This document shows, in pieces, positions 48,242 to 57,862 of a DNA stretch of 64,000 nt. Below the pieces are notes generated by a model that was not told where the DNA came from, did not search any database, and worked only from the letters and a program-made list of their open reading frames with translations. Location of the stretch: the NCBI GenBank assembly GCA_964580865.1, contig CAZONM010000001.1, positions 2,825-66,824 of the forward strand, written 5' to 3'. The stretch's first letter is position 1, and every line of letters begins with the position of its first letter. A program made the position numbers and the translations under genes. This stretch comes from an uncultured Myxococcales bacterium. Lineage in GTDB: Bacteria; Myxococcota; UBA727; VGSZ01.

Positions 48242-49534
48242 ATGATGCTGAAAAGTGGGTTCATATACCTGGCAGCGAATGTCGCCTCGTCGGCTGTACC
48301 GTTCTTCTTGCTGCCCGTCCTGACGAGAGCGTTGGCGCCTGAGGCCTTTGGAGCGATCGTCGGGTTTTCTTTGGTGGCGACCATTGTGGCACCAATCGCT
48401 GGACTAAATGCTCATGGCGCGGTTGGCGTCGCATGGTTCAACCGTGACCGGGAGCATCTCCCCAGTTATGTCGGCGCAGCTGTCCTTGTTGCTTTCACAA
48501 GCACAGCGGTATGGGCGACTATCGCCGCGTTCGTCGTTTCGCAGACACCGATCGTGGACGCCGTGCCTGCCGAATGGGCGGCCGCAGCCGTTGTCATGGC
48601 TGGCGCCCAGGTCGTTCTCCAGATGCGGTTGGTGCTTTGGCAAAGCCAGAAGCGGCCGATGCCGGTCGCGACCATGCAATTCGCAGGTAGCATCGTACAT
48701 ATTGGGCTCGCGCTCGTGGCAGTGCTTGTTCTTGGACTCGAAGCACCGGGCCGAAACGGCGCGGCGGTTGTTGCAGCGGTCTTGTTTGCCGTTCTTGGAG
48801 TAGCTGCGCTGGCATGGGACGGCAATCTGACGTTGCGGGTTCGGCGCGACGACATTTTCGGGGTGGTGCGGTTCGGTGGCTTGCTCGTACCGCACGCGTT
48901 GGGCGGGGCCCTGACAGTCACCGTTGATCGAGTGGTCGTGGCAGCATGCTTGGGGCCTGATGCACTTGGAACCTACGGGGCCGCCGCCCAACTAGGCGCT
49001 GTCGTCGCCATCGCTGCAGATGCTTTCGGCAAGGCGTACAGTCCATGGCTGTTTGAGCGACTCGCGGCTGACGACGAGTCGGAGCGGCTCGTTGCTGTCG
49101 GCGCCATGTATGCTCTTGCCCCCCTTGCCATACCCGCCGGCGGCGTTGCCGCTGTTGCTCTGACAGCTCTCAGTAGCGTCGCTCTGGGCCCTGAATATGG
49201 CGCAGCCGCTGAACTCTTGCCATGGTTCATCGTTGGAGGGGTCGCGACGATCATCTACTTGTTGGTATCGCCGTTGTTTTTCTTTCACGACCGAACCGCT
49301 CGCCTGAGCTCCACAACGCTACCCTGCGCCGCCGTAGGGGCGCTCTGTACCTTCGCGCTAGCAAGAATCGACGGCGCTCGCGGCGCGGCCGCGGGCTTCG
49401 CGTTGACGCAGACGCTCCTGACGACGGGCGTGTGGGTCGTTGCTTTCCACACGTTCGACCTGCCATGGAGAAAACCATATCTTGCATTGCGGACTTGCTG
49501 GCGCCTTCTTCGGAATGTTGACGCCAAACCCTGA
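48242..49534 (+). CDS. wzx: Wzx-type polysaccharide flippase (MOP/PST family)
   Basis: ORF 47966..49534, first ATG at 48242 (MMLKSGFIYLAANVASSAVPFFLLPVLTRAL, the typical PST N-terminus); ~12 TM helices. Confidence 0.7.
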   Translation: MMLKSGFIYLAANVASSAVPFFLLPVLTRALAPEAFGAIVGFSLVATIVAPIAGLNAHGAVGVAWFNRDREHLPSYVGAAVLVAFTSTAVWATIAAFVVSQTPIVDAVPAEWAAAAVVMAGAQVVLQMRLVLWQSQKRPMPVATMQFAGSIVHIGLALVAVLVLGLEAPGRNGAAVVAAVLFAVLGVAALAWDGNLTLRVRRDDIFGVVRFGGLLVPHALGGALTVTVDRVVVAACLGPDALGTYGAAAQLGAVVAIAADAFGKAYSPWLFERLAADDESERLVAVGAMYALAPLAIPAGGVAAVALTALSSVALGPEYGAAAELLPWFIVGGVATIIYLLVSPLFFFHDRTARLSSTTLPCAAVGALCTFALARIDGARGAAAGFALTQTLLTTGVWVVAFHTFDLPWRKPYLALRTCWRLLRNVDAKP

Positions 49535-49834
49535 CTCGGCCGGCCATGGTGCATGCGATCTCGATCCTGGCGCAACGCTGAGCTCGTTTCCACAGGCCCT
49601 CGCGCACGGTGGCAGGTTCCGCGCTCGCCGTCCGGACGCTGTTGGGCGGCTGGATGCCTCAGCCGAGCGGTGCAGCATCAACAACGTCGGTCACGCCGCC
49701 CATCAGGATGTCGGTGGTCGCCGGAGAATCGGCGATACTCACGGGATGACGGCGCGCATTCGCCAGCTCGAGAGCATTGGCTACCTTTCGCGGGACGTTG
49801 GCGCGCGAATGCGCCAAGCGGGAGCGAGCGCTTC

Positions 49835-50737
49835 ATGAGCGAGCGGCGCGCCTCTGAACTGATGGCCAAGCGCGAGCGCGTCGACGCGCGCTCCTCCGTG
49901 CCTAGGAGGCACGCACGTGACGAGGCGGTGTGGCCGATGGTCCTGCACTCGTTCGTCGACGCACCTCGTCTCGCCTTCCCGGGCGCGCCGCCGAGCCGGG
50001 CGGTGCGCGCATGGGCCGTCGCGCGGCGACGGCAGCAGGGAGCCTCCGGACGCCCAAAGCGGTGCGCGCGCGCCGCCCGTATCGGTGCGCCCAGTAGGCT
50101 GCCTCGTTCCGAAGATGTGTCGTTCGCGCGCGTGGGGGCTCGTGCCATCGTCGGCGGCAACCCGTGGCTGTCCTTGTGGTCGTCCGCCGGCGCCGACGCC
50201 GACGTCGAGGACGCGCGCGCCGCAGCCGCCGCGCTGCGCCGCCGCGCCGGCGCGTGCCCCGTGGTGCTGGTGACGCTGCAGCCGGGGATCACCGATGGCG
50301 CCGAGCTCGCGCTGGTGCAGCGGGTGGCACGCGCCACACAGGGCCGGCTCTGGTTCTGGATCCGCTTGCATCCCGCCATGCTCGAGCGCCTCGACGAGGT
50401 GCGCCGGGCCTTCGCCACCCTCGAGCACTGCACCGTCGACGAACCCACCGAGCTGCCGCTGCCCGCGCTGCTCGGTGCCTGCGACGCGCACCTGACCCAC
50501 AGCTCTTCGACGGTCATCGAGGCGGCGCAGTTCGGCGTGCGCTCCGTCGTCACCTCCGTCTACGGCGCCGAGCTCTACCAGCGCCACATCGACGACGAGC
50601 GGCTGACGCTCGCGAGCGGGGGCGCTGACGTCGTCGCCGCGGCGGTGCTGCAGGCGACCAAGCGTGGTCGTGCGGGCACGTCGCACACGGGCAGCATCGA
50701 CGTGGCGCTGGCGCAGGTGCTCGGGGAGGCGCGGTGA
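49835..50737 (+). CDS. hypothetical protein, truncated paralogue of the 46034..47509 protein's C-terminal GT-B-like domain; start uncertain
   Basis: CPVVLVTLQPGITDGAELALVQRVARATQGRLWFWIRLHPAMLE...SSTVIEAAQFGVRSVV aligns to the island protein's VLVLGDGIETNAYVGLARALAQALPTWHVVFRPHPLE...STVVISEMSTGLFEAMGLVQVPLL; the first ~100 codons are Arg-rich and may be non-coding. Confidence 0.35.
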   Translation: MSERRASELMAKRERVDARSSVPRRHARDEAVWPMVLHSFVDAPRLAFPGAPPSRAVRAWAVARRRQQGASGRPKRCARAARIGAPSRLPRSEDVSFARVGARAIVGGNPWLSLWSSAGADADVEDARAAAAALRRRAGACPVVLVTLQPGITDGAELALVQRVARATQGRLWFWIRLHPAMLERLDEVRRAFATLEHCTVDEPTELPLPALLGACDAHLTHSSSTVIEAAQFGVRSVVTSVYGAELYQRHIDDERLTLASGGADVVAAAVLQATKRGRAGTSHTGSIDVALAQVLGEAR

Positions 50738-51891
50738 CGGCCACCATCGTCACCTCGCCCGCCCCGCGCACGGAGCGCCGCACGCTGCGCTTGGGCGTCG
50801 CGTTGGTGCTGCTGTGCGCCATCGCGGTGGGCGGCGCGGTGTTTCTTGCCACCATCGGTATCGACGCGCTCGAGGGCAAGAACGAATTCCAGTTCTTCGC
50901 GGACTCCGGCACCTATCACGCGGTGGCGCGCGGCGACGTCGTCGGCATCGAGGAGCTCAACGAGCTCATCGGCATCGTCGGCAACTTCCTCGGGCCGCTG
51001 ATGATCGTGAAGCTCGCGGGTGGCAACTACTACGCGATCTTGGTCATCAACTGCGTGCTGTTCTTCTGGTCCTTGGTCCTCATCACGCGCGCCCTGAGGA
51101 TCGACGCCCCGCGGCTCATGCTCTTCCTCTTTCTCAACCCGATGACGGTCTCGAGCCTCCTGTCGGTCAACAAGGAGATCCTCTCGATCGTGTTCGTCGC
51201 ACTCCTGGTGAGCGCCCTGGCGCGTCGATCGCTCGTAGCGTTGGCGCTGGCTGCGGCGCTCTCGGTGCTCGTGCGTTGGCAGCTCACCCTCTTCATCGTC
51301 GGTCTCCTGGCGACGATCTCACCGCTCAACCCGCTGCGCGCGCGCCGCGGCTGGACCATCATCGCGATACTGGTGACGTTGTCGGCGCTCTATGCCGCGA
51401 CCCTCGACGTGATCGAGCCGGTGCGCATGACCTTCGAGTCATCGGCGGAGGAGTACGAAGGGTCTGGGTTCTACGCGGCGCTGGTGGGATATCAAGATCG
51501 TGGCCTGTACTGGCTGATCTTCCCGGCCAAGGCGGCGAGCTTGTTGTTCGCGCTCGGGTTGCGCATCGATCGCCTGGTGGCGCCCGACAACATCTACAAT
51601 GACGTTTGGCAGCTGTTGCACTCCACCACCATGCTGGTGACCTTCGTCCTGGTCTGGCGTCGTCGGCGCCTCACCCTGGCAAACGATCTCGTCTTCGTGT
51701 CGGCCGTGTACATCGCGCTCTTCACGCTCTCGCCCATCTACACGCCGCGCTACTTCTACGCGGCGTTCGTGCTGTGGGCCATCGCGCTCGCCGCCGACAG
51801 TGACCGCCCGCCGCTGTTCGCGCCGCGCGCGTCACGGGCGGCCACGCGAGTGTCGGTATCGACGACGCCAGAGGCCCCGGCGCATGCGTGA
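50734..51891 (+). CDS. polytopic membrane protein, candidate O-antigen/EPS polymerase (Wzy-like)
   Basis: 385 aa; 10-11 predicted TM helices, no named family recognised; sits with Wzx/Wzz/OPX genes; GTGA overlap with the preceding ORF. Confidence 0.45.
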   Translation: MTATIVTSPAPRTERRTLRLGVALVLLCAIAVGGAVFLATIGIDALEGKNEFQFFADSGTYHAVARGDVVGIEELNELIGIVGNFLGPLMIVKLAGGNYYAILVINCVLFFWSLVLITRALRIDAPRLMLFLFLNPMTVSSLLSVNKEILSIVFVALLVSALARRSLVALALAAALSVLVRWQLTLFIVGLLATISPLNPLRARRGWTIIAILVTLSALYAATLDVIEPVRMTFESSAEEYEGSGFYAALVGYQDRGLYWLIFPAKAASLLFALGLRIDRLVAPDNIYNDVWQLLHSTTMLVTFVLVWRRRRLTLANDLVFVSAVYIALFTLSPIYTPRYFYAAFVLWAIALAADSDRPPLFAPRASRAATRVSVSTTPEAPAHA

Positions 51892-53524
51892 CCGCGTCGC
51901 CGTCCTCGCGCTGGTGGCGCTCGGCGCGGCGGCCGCGCCCGTGCGCGCGGCGTCGCTGGTGTTCCCCGACGACCCCGCCCTCGCCGTGGGGCGCGCGACG
52001 CTGTTGCTGGCGCAAGATGCGCGCGGCCTCGGCATGTACCCGCTCTCCGATCGCGAGCTGCGCGCGCGCGGCGTGCTCACCGCGCCGCCCGACCCCACGG
52101 GCGCACGGCTGCACCTCGTGTGGCGCCCGCAAGCGAGCGCCTGGCGCGGCCTGTCGCCGGCGCTACGCGAGGGGACGCTGTGGTACGACGCTATCGCGCC
52201 CTTGGCCGAGCTGGGCGCCAACGTGAGCGACGGCGAATGGCTCGGCGCGCACCTGCGCCTCGACCTCAGCTCGGTCCGCCGCGACTTCACGGGCGATGGG
52301 CTGGCCGCACCGTGGACGCTCGACAGCTACGCGAACCTCGACTTCCCGCGCGAGTCGTGGGCGGTGGTCGCCACCGAGCACCTGCTGGTGGCGGCCGGCC
52401 GCTTCCGCAGCGGCATCGGGCACGGCGTGTTCGGCAATCCGTTCTTGAACGGGCGGGCACCCTGGTACGACCAGGTGCAGGCCGAGTGGCACGACGACCA
52501 CTTCCGCGCGCGGTGGCTGCTTGGCACCTCGTCGTCGTTCTTGACCGCCGCCGAGGCCGCGGTGCAGGGCTACGGCACCGCCGCACCGCCGCGCGGTGGC
52601 TTCGACCCCGTCAACAACTATGACAGCGCGCGCTTCGACGCGCCGGCCAAGTCCTTCATGTACCGCTGGTACGAGTGGGCGCCCTGGCCGTGGCTGGTGC
52701 TGGGGGCTGGGGAGATGGGCGTGGTGGGCGGCAAGCAGCCCGACCTCTCGCAGCTGTTGCCGATGGTGGTGTGGCACAACGCCTACGCGCCCGGCAGCAC
52801 CAACGTCATGCTCGGGGTGAGCGCGGCCGTGGCGCCGCTGCCCGGCCTGCTCCTCTTCGGTGAGCTCGTGGCCGACGACGTCGCGACCAGGAACGAGGCG
52901 GATGGGCAGAAGCCCACCTCCTTGGGCTGGCAGCTCGGCGGCCGGTGGGTGGCGTCGGTGCACGCAGACGTGCTCGCCGAGGTCGCCGTCGAGTACACCC
53001 ACGTCGATCGCTGGACCTATCAGCGCTGGCAGCCGTACCTCGTCATGCAGCAGCGACAGATCGTGCCGTGCGGCTGCAACTTCGTCGACGTGCCGCTCGG
53101 CTACCCGTGGGGCGGCGACCTCGACGCCGCGGGCGCGCGCCTACGCGCGTTCGCCCCCGACGGGCTCGAGCTGTCACTGGGGATCGAGGGGATGTGGCGG
53201 GGGGCCATGCGGCTTGGCGCCATCACCGGATCCCCGCTGCTCGACGACCAGGGGGCGCCGGTGCTCGACCGATTCGGCGAACCGGTGCGCGCGCCGCTGT
53301 ACTACGACCTCGACGCGTGGGCGGGTCCGGGCGCGCTCGACGAGTACACGCAGCGGCCGCGCGAAGCTCGGGTCACCATCTCGCTGGGGGCGGACATTCC
53401 GATAGCGCCGCACGTGAGCGCGAACGCCATGGTGCTCTGGAGCGCGCTCGACAACGTCGAGAACGCCGCGGGCGTGCGCGCGCAGCGCTGGCTGCTGCAC
53501 GGCGGCATGCGCGTCGCGCTGTAG
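51884..53524 (+). CDS. secreted/outer-membrane protein (hypothetical, 546 aa), translationally coupled to the Wzy-like gene
   Basis: ORF 51800..53524, ATG at 51884 overlaps the upstream stop; signal peptide MRDRVAVLALVALGAAAAPVRAAS; Trp/Tyr/Gly-rich beta-rich protein. Confidence 0.55.
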   Translation: MRDRVAVLALVALGAAAAPVRAASLVFPDDPALAVGRATLLLAQDARGLGMYPLSDRELRARGVLTAPPDPTGARLHLVWRPQASAWRGLSPALREGTLWYDAIAPLAELGANVSDGEWLGAHLRLDLSSVRRDFTGDGLAAPWTLDSYANLDFPRESWAVVATEHLLVAAGRFRSGIGHGVFGNPFLNGRAPWYDQVQAEWHDDHFRARWLLGTSSSFLTAAEAAVQGYGTAAPPRGGFDPVNNYDSARFDAPAKSFMYRWYEWAPWPWLVLGAGEMGVVGGKQPDLSQLLPMVVWHNAYAPGSTNVMLGVSAAVAPLPGLLLFGELVADDVATRNEADGQKPTSLGWQLGGRWVASVHADVLAEVAVEYTHVDRWTYQRWQPYLVMQQRQIVPCGCNFVDVPLGYPWGGDLDAAGARLRAFAPDGLELSLGIEGMWRGAMRLGAITGSPLLDDQGAPVLDRFGEPVRAPLYYDLDAWAGPGALDEYTQRPREARVTISLGADIPIAPHVSANAMVLWSALDNVENAAGVRAQRWLLHGGMRVAL

Positions 53525-53539
53525 CGTGGCGGTCGCCGC

Positions 53540-54640
53540 TCACGCGGCGCGTCGGCCACCCCGGAGCCGTCGGTAAGCGCCGGCCGCGAAGTTCCACAGC
53601 CAGCGCTCGCTCGGGTACGCGTCATGCGCCTTCCCCGGACGCGCGAGGTAGGCGTCGAGCTCGCCGCGCGTCCAGCCCATCTTGTTGAGGAAGTACTGGA
53701 TATCCGCCTCGAGCGCGTCGGCGTCGGGGTACGGGCTCTGCTGCAGGAGGCGCAGCGCCTCGTCGCGGGTCATCTGCCCCGCCACCACCAACGTCGACAA
53801 GTGGAGGCGCCGCTTGTCGATGCCGAACTTCTTCGGCAGCAGGTAGCCCTGATAGAAGCGCGTGAACACCGACTCGTAGTGCTTGTAGGGGTAGGGCTTG
53901 TAGCTCATCTCGGCCACCAGCACCTCGAGCGCGCGCGCCTTCTGGTAGTCGAAGAAGTCGAGGAAGCTCTCCCACCGAATGCCGCGGACGTGCTCGCACG
54001 TGATGTAGTCGACGACGCCGATGAGCGGGAACGTCTGCAGCGGACGCCCGTTGCCGAACGTCCGCCACAGCGCGCGGATGTTGGTGGCGTCGAACTTGAA
54101 CCAGTTCCACCCCTTCGGCATCGCCATGCCCTCGGTGGCCGTGTTGGTGCCGCCGAGGATGTGCTTGATGCCCCACTGCTTCGCCTGTCGGTAGTTCACC
54201 GCCAGCATCGCGTTGTCGTACAGGAGCTCGACGTCGATGACGTCGGCGCGGAAGAACGCGTTCATCAGCTCGCGGTATTCGTCCCAGTTGATGACGTGCG
54301 TGTAGTAGTCGACGCCGAGGCGATCGACCAAGTTCTCGATGTTGTTCTGCGCGAGCTCGGTGTTCCAGCCGTTGTCCATGTGCACGGCGAGCGGGCGCAG
54401 GCCGTGCTGCTTGGCCAGGTACAGCACCCAGGAGCTGTCGACACCGCCCGACAGGCCCACCACGCAGTCGTACGCGCGGCCCCGGCCATCGGCCTTCACG
54501 CGCTCGAGGTACGCGTCGCGGCGGCGCGCGCGCTGAGCCTCGTCCATGAAGAGCACGTGGCGCTTGCTCGCCAGGAAGTCACGGCAGTAGTTGCACACCC
54601 CGAGAGCATCGAAACTGATGTCGCGCGCGCTGGTGTCCAT
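53540..54640 (-). CDS. second N-acetyl sugar amidotransferase (WbpG/WbuX/PseA family paralogue) in high-GC DNA
   Basis: ORF 53540..55060, the likely start is Met141 (54640: MDTSARDISFDALGVCNYCRDF...); PP-loop VVGLSGGVDSS; the upstream 140 codons are Arg/Pro-rich and not conserved. Confidence 0.75.
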   Translation of the reverse strand: MDTSARDISFDALGVCNYCRDFLASKRHVLFMDEAQRARRRDAYLERVKADGRGRAYDCVVGLSGGVDSSWVLYLAKQHGLRPLAVHMDNGWNTELAQNNIENLVDRLGVDYYTHVINWDEYRELMNAFFRADVIDVELLYDNAMLAVNYRQAKQWGIKHILGGTNTATEGMAMPKGWNWFKFDATNIRALWRTFGNGRPLQTFPLIGVVDYITCEHVRGIRWESFLDFFDYQKARALEVLVAEMSYKPYPYKHYESVFTRFYQGYLLPKKFGIDKRRLHLSTLVVAGQMTRDEALRLLQQSPYPDADALEADIQYFLNKMGWTRGELDAYLARPGKAHDAYPSERWLWNFAAGAYRRLRGGRRAA

Positions 54641-55028
54641 CACGCAGCGCGCGCAGGTCGTGGGGTTCGAGCTTGACGATGCCACTGGTTCACCCGCCGG
54701 CCGCACCGTGGGCGGCACCCTCGTGTCGTGTTCGCCATGTCCGCGCGCGACGCCGCTCGACGGTCTCGGCGACGGCGTCGTCGCGGCGCTCGACGCATGG
54801 GCGCGCCATGCTCGGTCGCCACGCGGCGCCCTCGCCGGCACCACCGGCACGCGCTCATCGGCGGACGTGTCGCGCGCCAGCCTACTGCCCCACGCTCGAG
54901 GTTCGTAGCGGGAAGTGTGCGGCGACCCTCCGTTCCGCTCGCCGCCGGTCCGCCGGCAACCGACGTGGCCGCGAGCAGCGGGGTCGAGCGCCTTGACAGC
55001 AGGCGCGGGGTCCGCGACACCGAATGCG

Positions 55029-56114
55029 ATGTCGCGCACCGCGCTGATCACGGGCGTCACGGGCCAGGACGGCGCGTACCTCGCGGAGCTCTTGCTCGAT
55101 AAGGGCTACCAGGTCCACGGCATCAAGCGGCGCAGCTCGCTGTTCAACACCGACCGCATCGATCACCTCTACCACGACCCCCACGTGGCCGGGCGACGCT
55201 TCACGCTGCACCACGGTGACCTCACCGACTCGTCGAGCCTGATCCGTATCATCCAGCAGACCCAGCCCGACGAGATCTACAACCTCGCGGCACAGAGCCA
55301 CGTCGCGGTGAGCTTCGAGGAGCCTGAGTACACGGCGAACTCGGACGCGCTCGGCCCGCTGCGCGTGCTCGAAGCGATCCGCATCCTGGGCCTCGAGAAG
55401 AGGACGCGCTTCTACCAGGCGTCGTCCTCGGAGATGTATGGGCTCGTGCAGGCGGTGCCGCAGAACGAGCACACGCCCTTCTACCCGCGCAGCCCCTACG
55501 CCGTCGCCAAGCTGTACGCTTATTGGATCACGGTCAACTACCGCGAGGCCTACGGCATCTACGCCTGCAACGGCATCCTGTTCAACCACGAGTCGCCGCT
55601 GCGCGGCGAGACGTTCGTAACGCGCAAGATCACGCGCGCGCTGGCCCGCATCAAGCTGGGCATCCAAGACTGCCTGTGGCTCGGGAACCTGAACGCGCGC
55701 CGCGACTGGGGCCACGCGCGCGACTACGTCGTGATGCAGTGGCTCATGCTGCAACAAGACGCGCCCGACGACTACGTCGTCGCTACGGGTGTGCAGCGCT
55801 CGGTGCGCGAGTTCGTCGAGGCGGCGGCGCGCGAGTTGGATATCGAGCTTCGCTGGCAAGGCACGGGCGTCGACGAGAAGGGCTATGACCGCAGCGGCCG
55901 CTGCATCGTCGCGGTCGATCCACGCTACTTCCGCCCCACCGAGGTCGACACGCTGCTCGGCGACGCGTCCAAGGCGCGTGCCAAGCTCGGCTGGGCGCCC
56001 ACCGTCTCCTTCGAGCAGCTGGTCGCGGAGATGGCCAAGGAAGACCTCATCGCCGCGGAGCGCGATGAGCTGATCAAGCGCCACGGCTATCGCGCGCTGC
56101 TGCGGCATGAGTAG
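55029..56114 (+). CDS. gmd: GDP-mannose 4,6-dehydratase
   Basis: [37 protein letters not shown]...; SDR YxxxK ([10 protein letters not shown]); 361 aa. Confidence 0.93.
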   Translation: MSRTALITGVTGQDGAYLAELLLDKGYQVHGIKRRSSLFNTDRIDHLYHDPHVAGRRFTLHHGDLTDSSSLIRIIQQTQPDEIYNLAAQSHVAVSFEEPEYTANSDALGPLRVLEAIRILGLEKRTRFYQASSSEMYGLVQAVPQNEHTPFYPRSPYAVAKLYAYWITVNYREAYGIYACNGILFNHESPLRGETFVTRKITRALARIKLGIQDCLWLGNLNARRDWGHARDYVVMQWLMLQQDAPDDYVVATGVQRSVREFVEAAARELDIELRWQGTGVDEKGYDRSGRCIVAVDPRYFRPTEVDTLLGDASKARAKLGWAPTVSFEQLVAEMAKEDLIAAERDELIKRHGYRALLRHE

Positions 56115-56120
56115 CCGCCC

Positions 56121-57071
56121 ATGAGCGACCGCGTCCTCGGCCCCGACAGCAAGATCTACGTCGCCGGTCACCTCGGCATGGTGGGTTCCGCGCTGCTGCG
56201 CCGGCTGCGGGCCGGCGGGTATCGCAACCTTGTGGTCCGGTCGCGCGCCGAGCTCGACCTGTGCGACCAGGCCGCCACCCACCGCTTCCTCGCGGACCAG
56301 CGCCCCGACGTCGTCATCGTGGCGGCGGCGCGCGTCGGCGGTATCCACGCGAACGACACCCTCCGCGCGCAGTTCCTGTACGACAACCTAGCCATCGCCA
56401 CCAACGTCATCGACGGCGCCCACCGCGCTGGGGTCGACCGGCTCCTGTTCCTCGGCTCGAGCTGCATCTACCCGCGCGACTGCTCGCAGCCGATCCGCGA
56501 GGAGTATCTGCTCACGGGCCCGCTCGAGCACACCAACGAGCCCTACGCCATCGCCAAGATCGCCGGGCTCAAGCTGTGCGAGGCGTACGCCGCGCAATAC
56601 GGTCGCCGCTACATCTCGGTGATGCCGACGAACCTGTATGGCCCCAACGACAACTACGACCTGGCGTCGAGCCACGTGCTGCCGGCGCTCTTGCGCAAGG
56701 CCCACGAGGCGAAGGCCGCGGGTGCCCGTCAGCTCGCCGTCTGGGGCAGCGGGGCGCCGCGCCGCGAGTTCCTGTTCGTCGACGACCTCGCGGACGCCTG
56801 CGTGTTCTTGCTCGAGGCCGGCTACGGTGGGTCGTGGGTCAACGTCGGCACGGGCAGCGACGTGACCATCGCGGAGCTGGCGCAGCTCGTCATGCGCACC
56901 GTGGGGTTCGCCGGCGAGCTCGTGTTCGATCGCACCAAGCCCGACGGCACGCCGCGCAAGCTCCTCGACGTCTCGCGCCTGCAGGCGCTCGGGTGGCGCG
57001 CCCGCACGTCGCTCCACGACGGTCTGGCGCGCACCTACCAGGACTTTTTGAACGCGCCTCCCACGGGATGA
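56121..57071 (+). CDS. fcl: GDP-L-fucose synthase (GDP-4-keto-6-deoxy-D-mannose 3,5-epimerase/4-reductase)
   Basis: 316 aa; [15 protein letters not shown] and [15 protein letters not shown] motifs; directly downstream of gmd. Confidence 0.9.
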   Translation: MSDRVLGPDSKIYVAGHLGMVGSALLRRLRAGGYRNLVVRSRAELDLCDQAATHRFLADQRPDVVIVAAARVGGIHANDTLRAQFLYDNLAIATNVIDGAHRAGVDRLLFLGSSCIYPRDCSQPIREEYLLTGPLEHTNEPYAIAKIAGLKLCEAYAAQYGRRYISVMPTNLYGPNDNYDLASSHVLPALLRKAHEAKAAGARQLAVWGSGAPRREFLFVDDLADACVFLLEAGYGGSWVNVGTGSDVTIAELAQLVMRTVGFAGELVFDRTKPDGTPRKLLDVSRLQALGWRARTSLHDGLARTYQDFLNAPPTG

Positions 57072-57862
57072 AGATCACCGTCGTCACCGTGGCCTTCAAC
57101 GCCGAGAAGACCATCGGCGACACCCTGCGCTCGGTGGCGGCGCAGCGGCACCCGGCGGTGGAGCACCTGGTCATCGACGGCGGCTCGCGCGACGCCACCA
57201 TGGAGGTGGTGCGGGCCCACGCGCACCGCGGGCTGTGCGCACAGAGCGAGCCCGACCGCGGCCTGTATGACGCGATGAACAAGGGCCTGGCCCAAGCGAC
57301 CGGCGACCTCGTCGGCTTCCTCAACGCCGACGACTTCTTCGCGCGCACCGACGCGCTCACGCTGATCGCGCGTGCCGCCGCGGAGCACCCGGCGGCCGAC
57401 GCGGTGTGCGGCGCGGTGGCCTTGGTGGAGCCAGAGCGCCCCGATCGTGTGCGGCGCCACTACCGCGCGCGCGGCTTTCGGCCATGGATGATGCGCTATG
57501 GCCACATGCCGCCGCACCCGGGCTTTTATGTGCGCCGCGCCGCCGCCGCCGCCGTGGGACCCTTCGACCTCGATCTGCGGGTGGGCGCCGACTTCGAGTG
57601 GATGCTGCGCTTCTTCCACGTCAAGGCGCTGCGCATGGAGCCTCTCGACGAGACCTTGGTGGGGCTGCGCCTGGGCGGCGTCTCCACGCGCGGCCTCGCC
57701 AGCATGCGCGTCATCAACGCGGAGGCGGTGCGCTCGTGCCGTCGCTGGGGTGTGCCCACGAGCCCCGCGCGCGTGTGGTCGAAGTACCTCGCCAAGGGCC
57801 TGCAGCTCGTGCGACGGCCGGTGGACTTCCCGCGCGGCGCGGACACTGCGTGGCTTCCCTGA
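57068..57862 (+). CDS. family-2 glycosyltransferase (GT-A)
   Basis: [16 protein letters not shown]...LVIDGGSRD...DAMNKG...FLNADDFF; ATGA overlap with the fcl stop. Confidence 0.8.
   Translation: MKITVVTVAFNAEKTIGDTLRSVAAQRHPAVEHLVIDGGSRDATMEVVRAHAHRGLCAQSEPDRGLYDAMNKGLAQATGDLVGFLNADDFFARTDALTLIARAAAEHPAADAVCGAVALVEPERPDRVRRHYRARGFRPWMMRYGHMPPHPGFYVRRAAAAAVGPFDLDLRVGADFEWMLRFFHVKALRMEPLDETLVGLRLGGVSTRGLASMRVINAEAVRSCRRWGVPTSPARVWSKYLAKGLQLVRRPVDFPRGADTAWLP

Noticed and set aside
46998-48245. 415-aa ORF in the island
   Set aside because: The first half overlaps the 491-aa orphan gene out of frame; the whole translation is Arg/Ser/Cys-rich without hydrophobic core periodicity. It is treated as non-coding (see the gap finding).
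53540-55060. Full 506-aa version of the second WbpG-like ORF
   Set aside because: The first 140 codons are Pro/Arg/Ala-rich with no similarity to the family. Homologues (including the island copy) begin at the CxxC zinc-ribbon, so the internal Met141 start is adopted.
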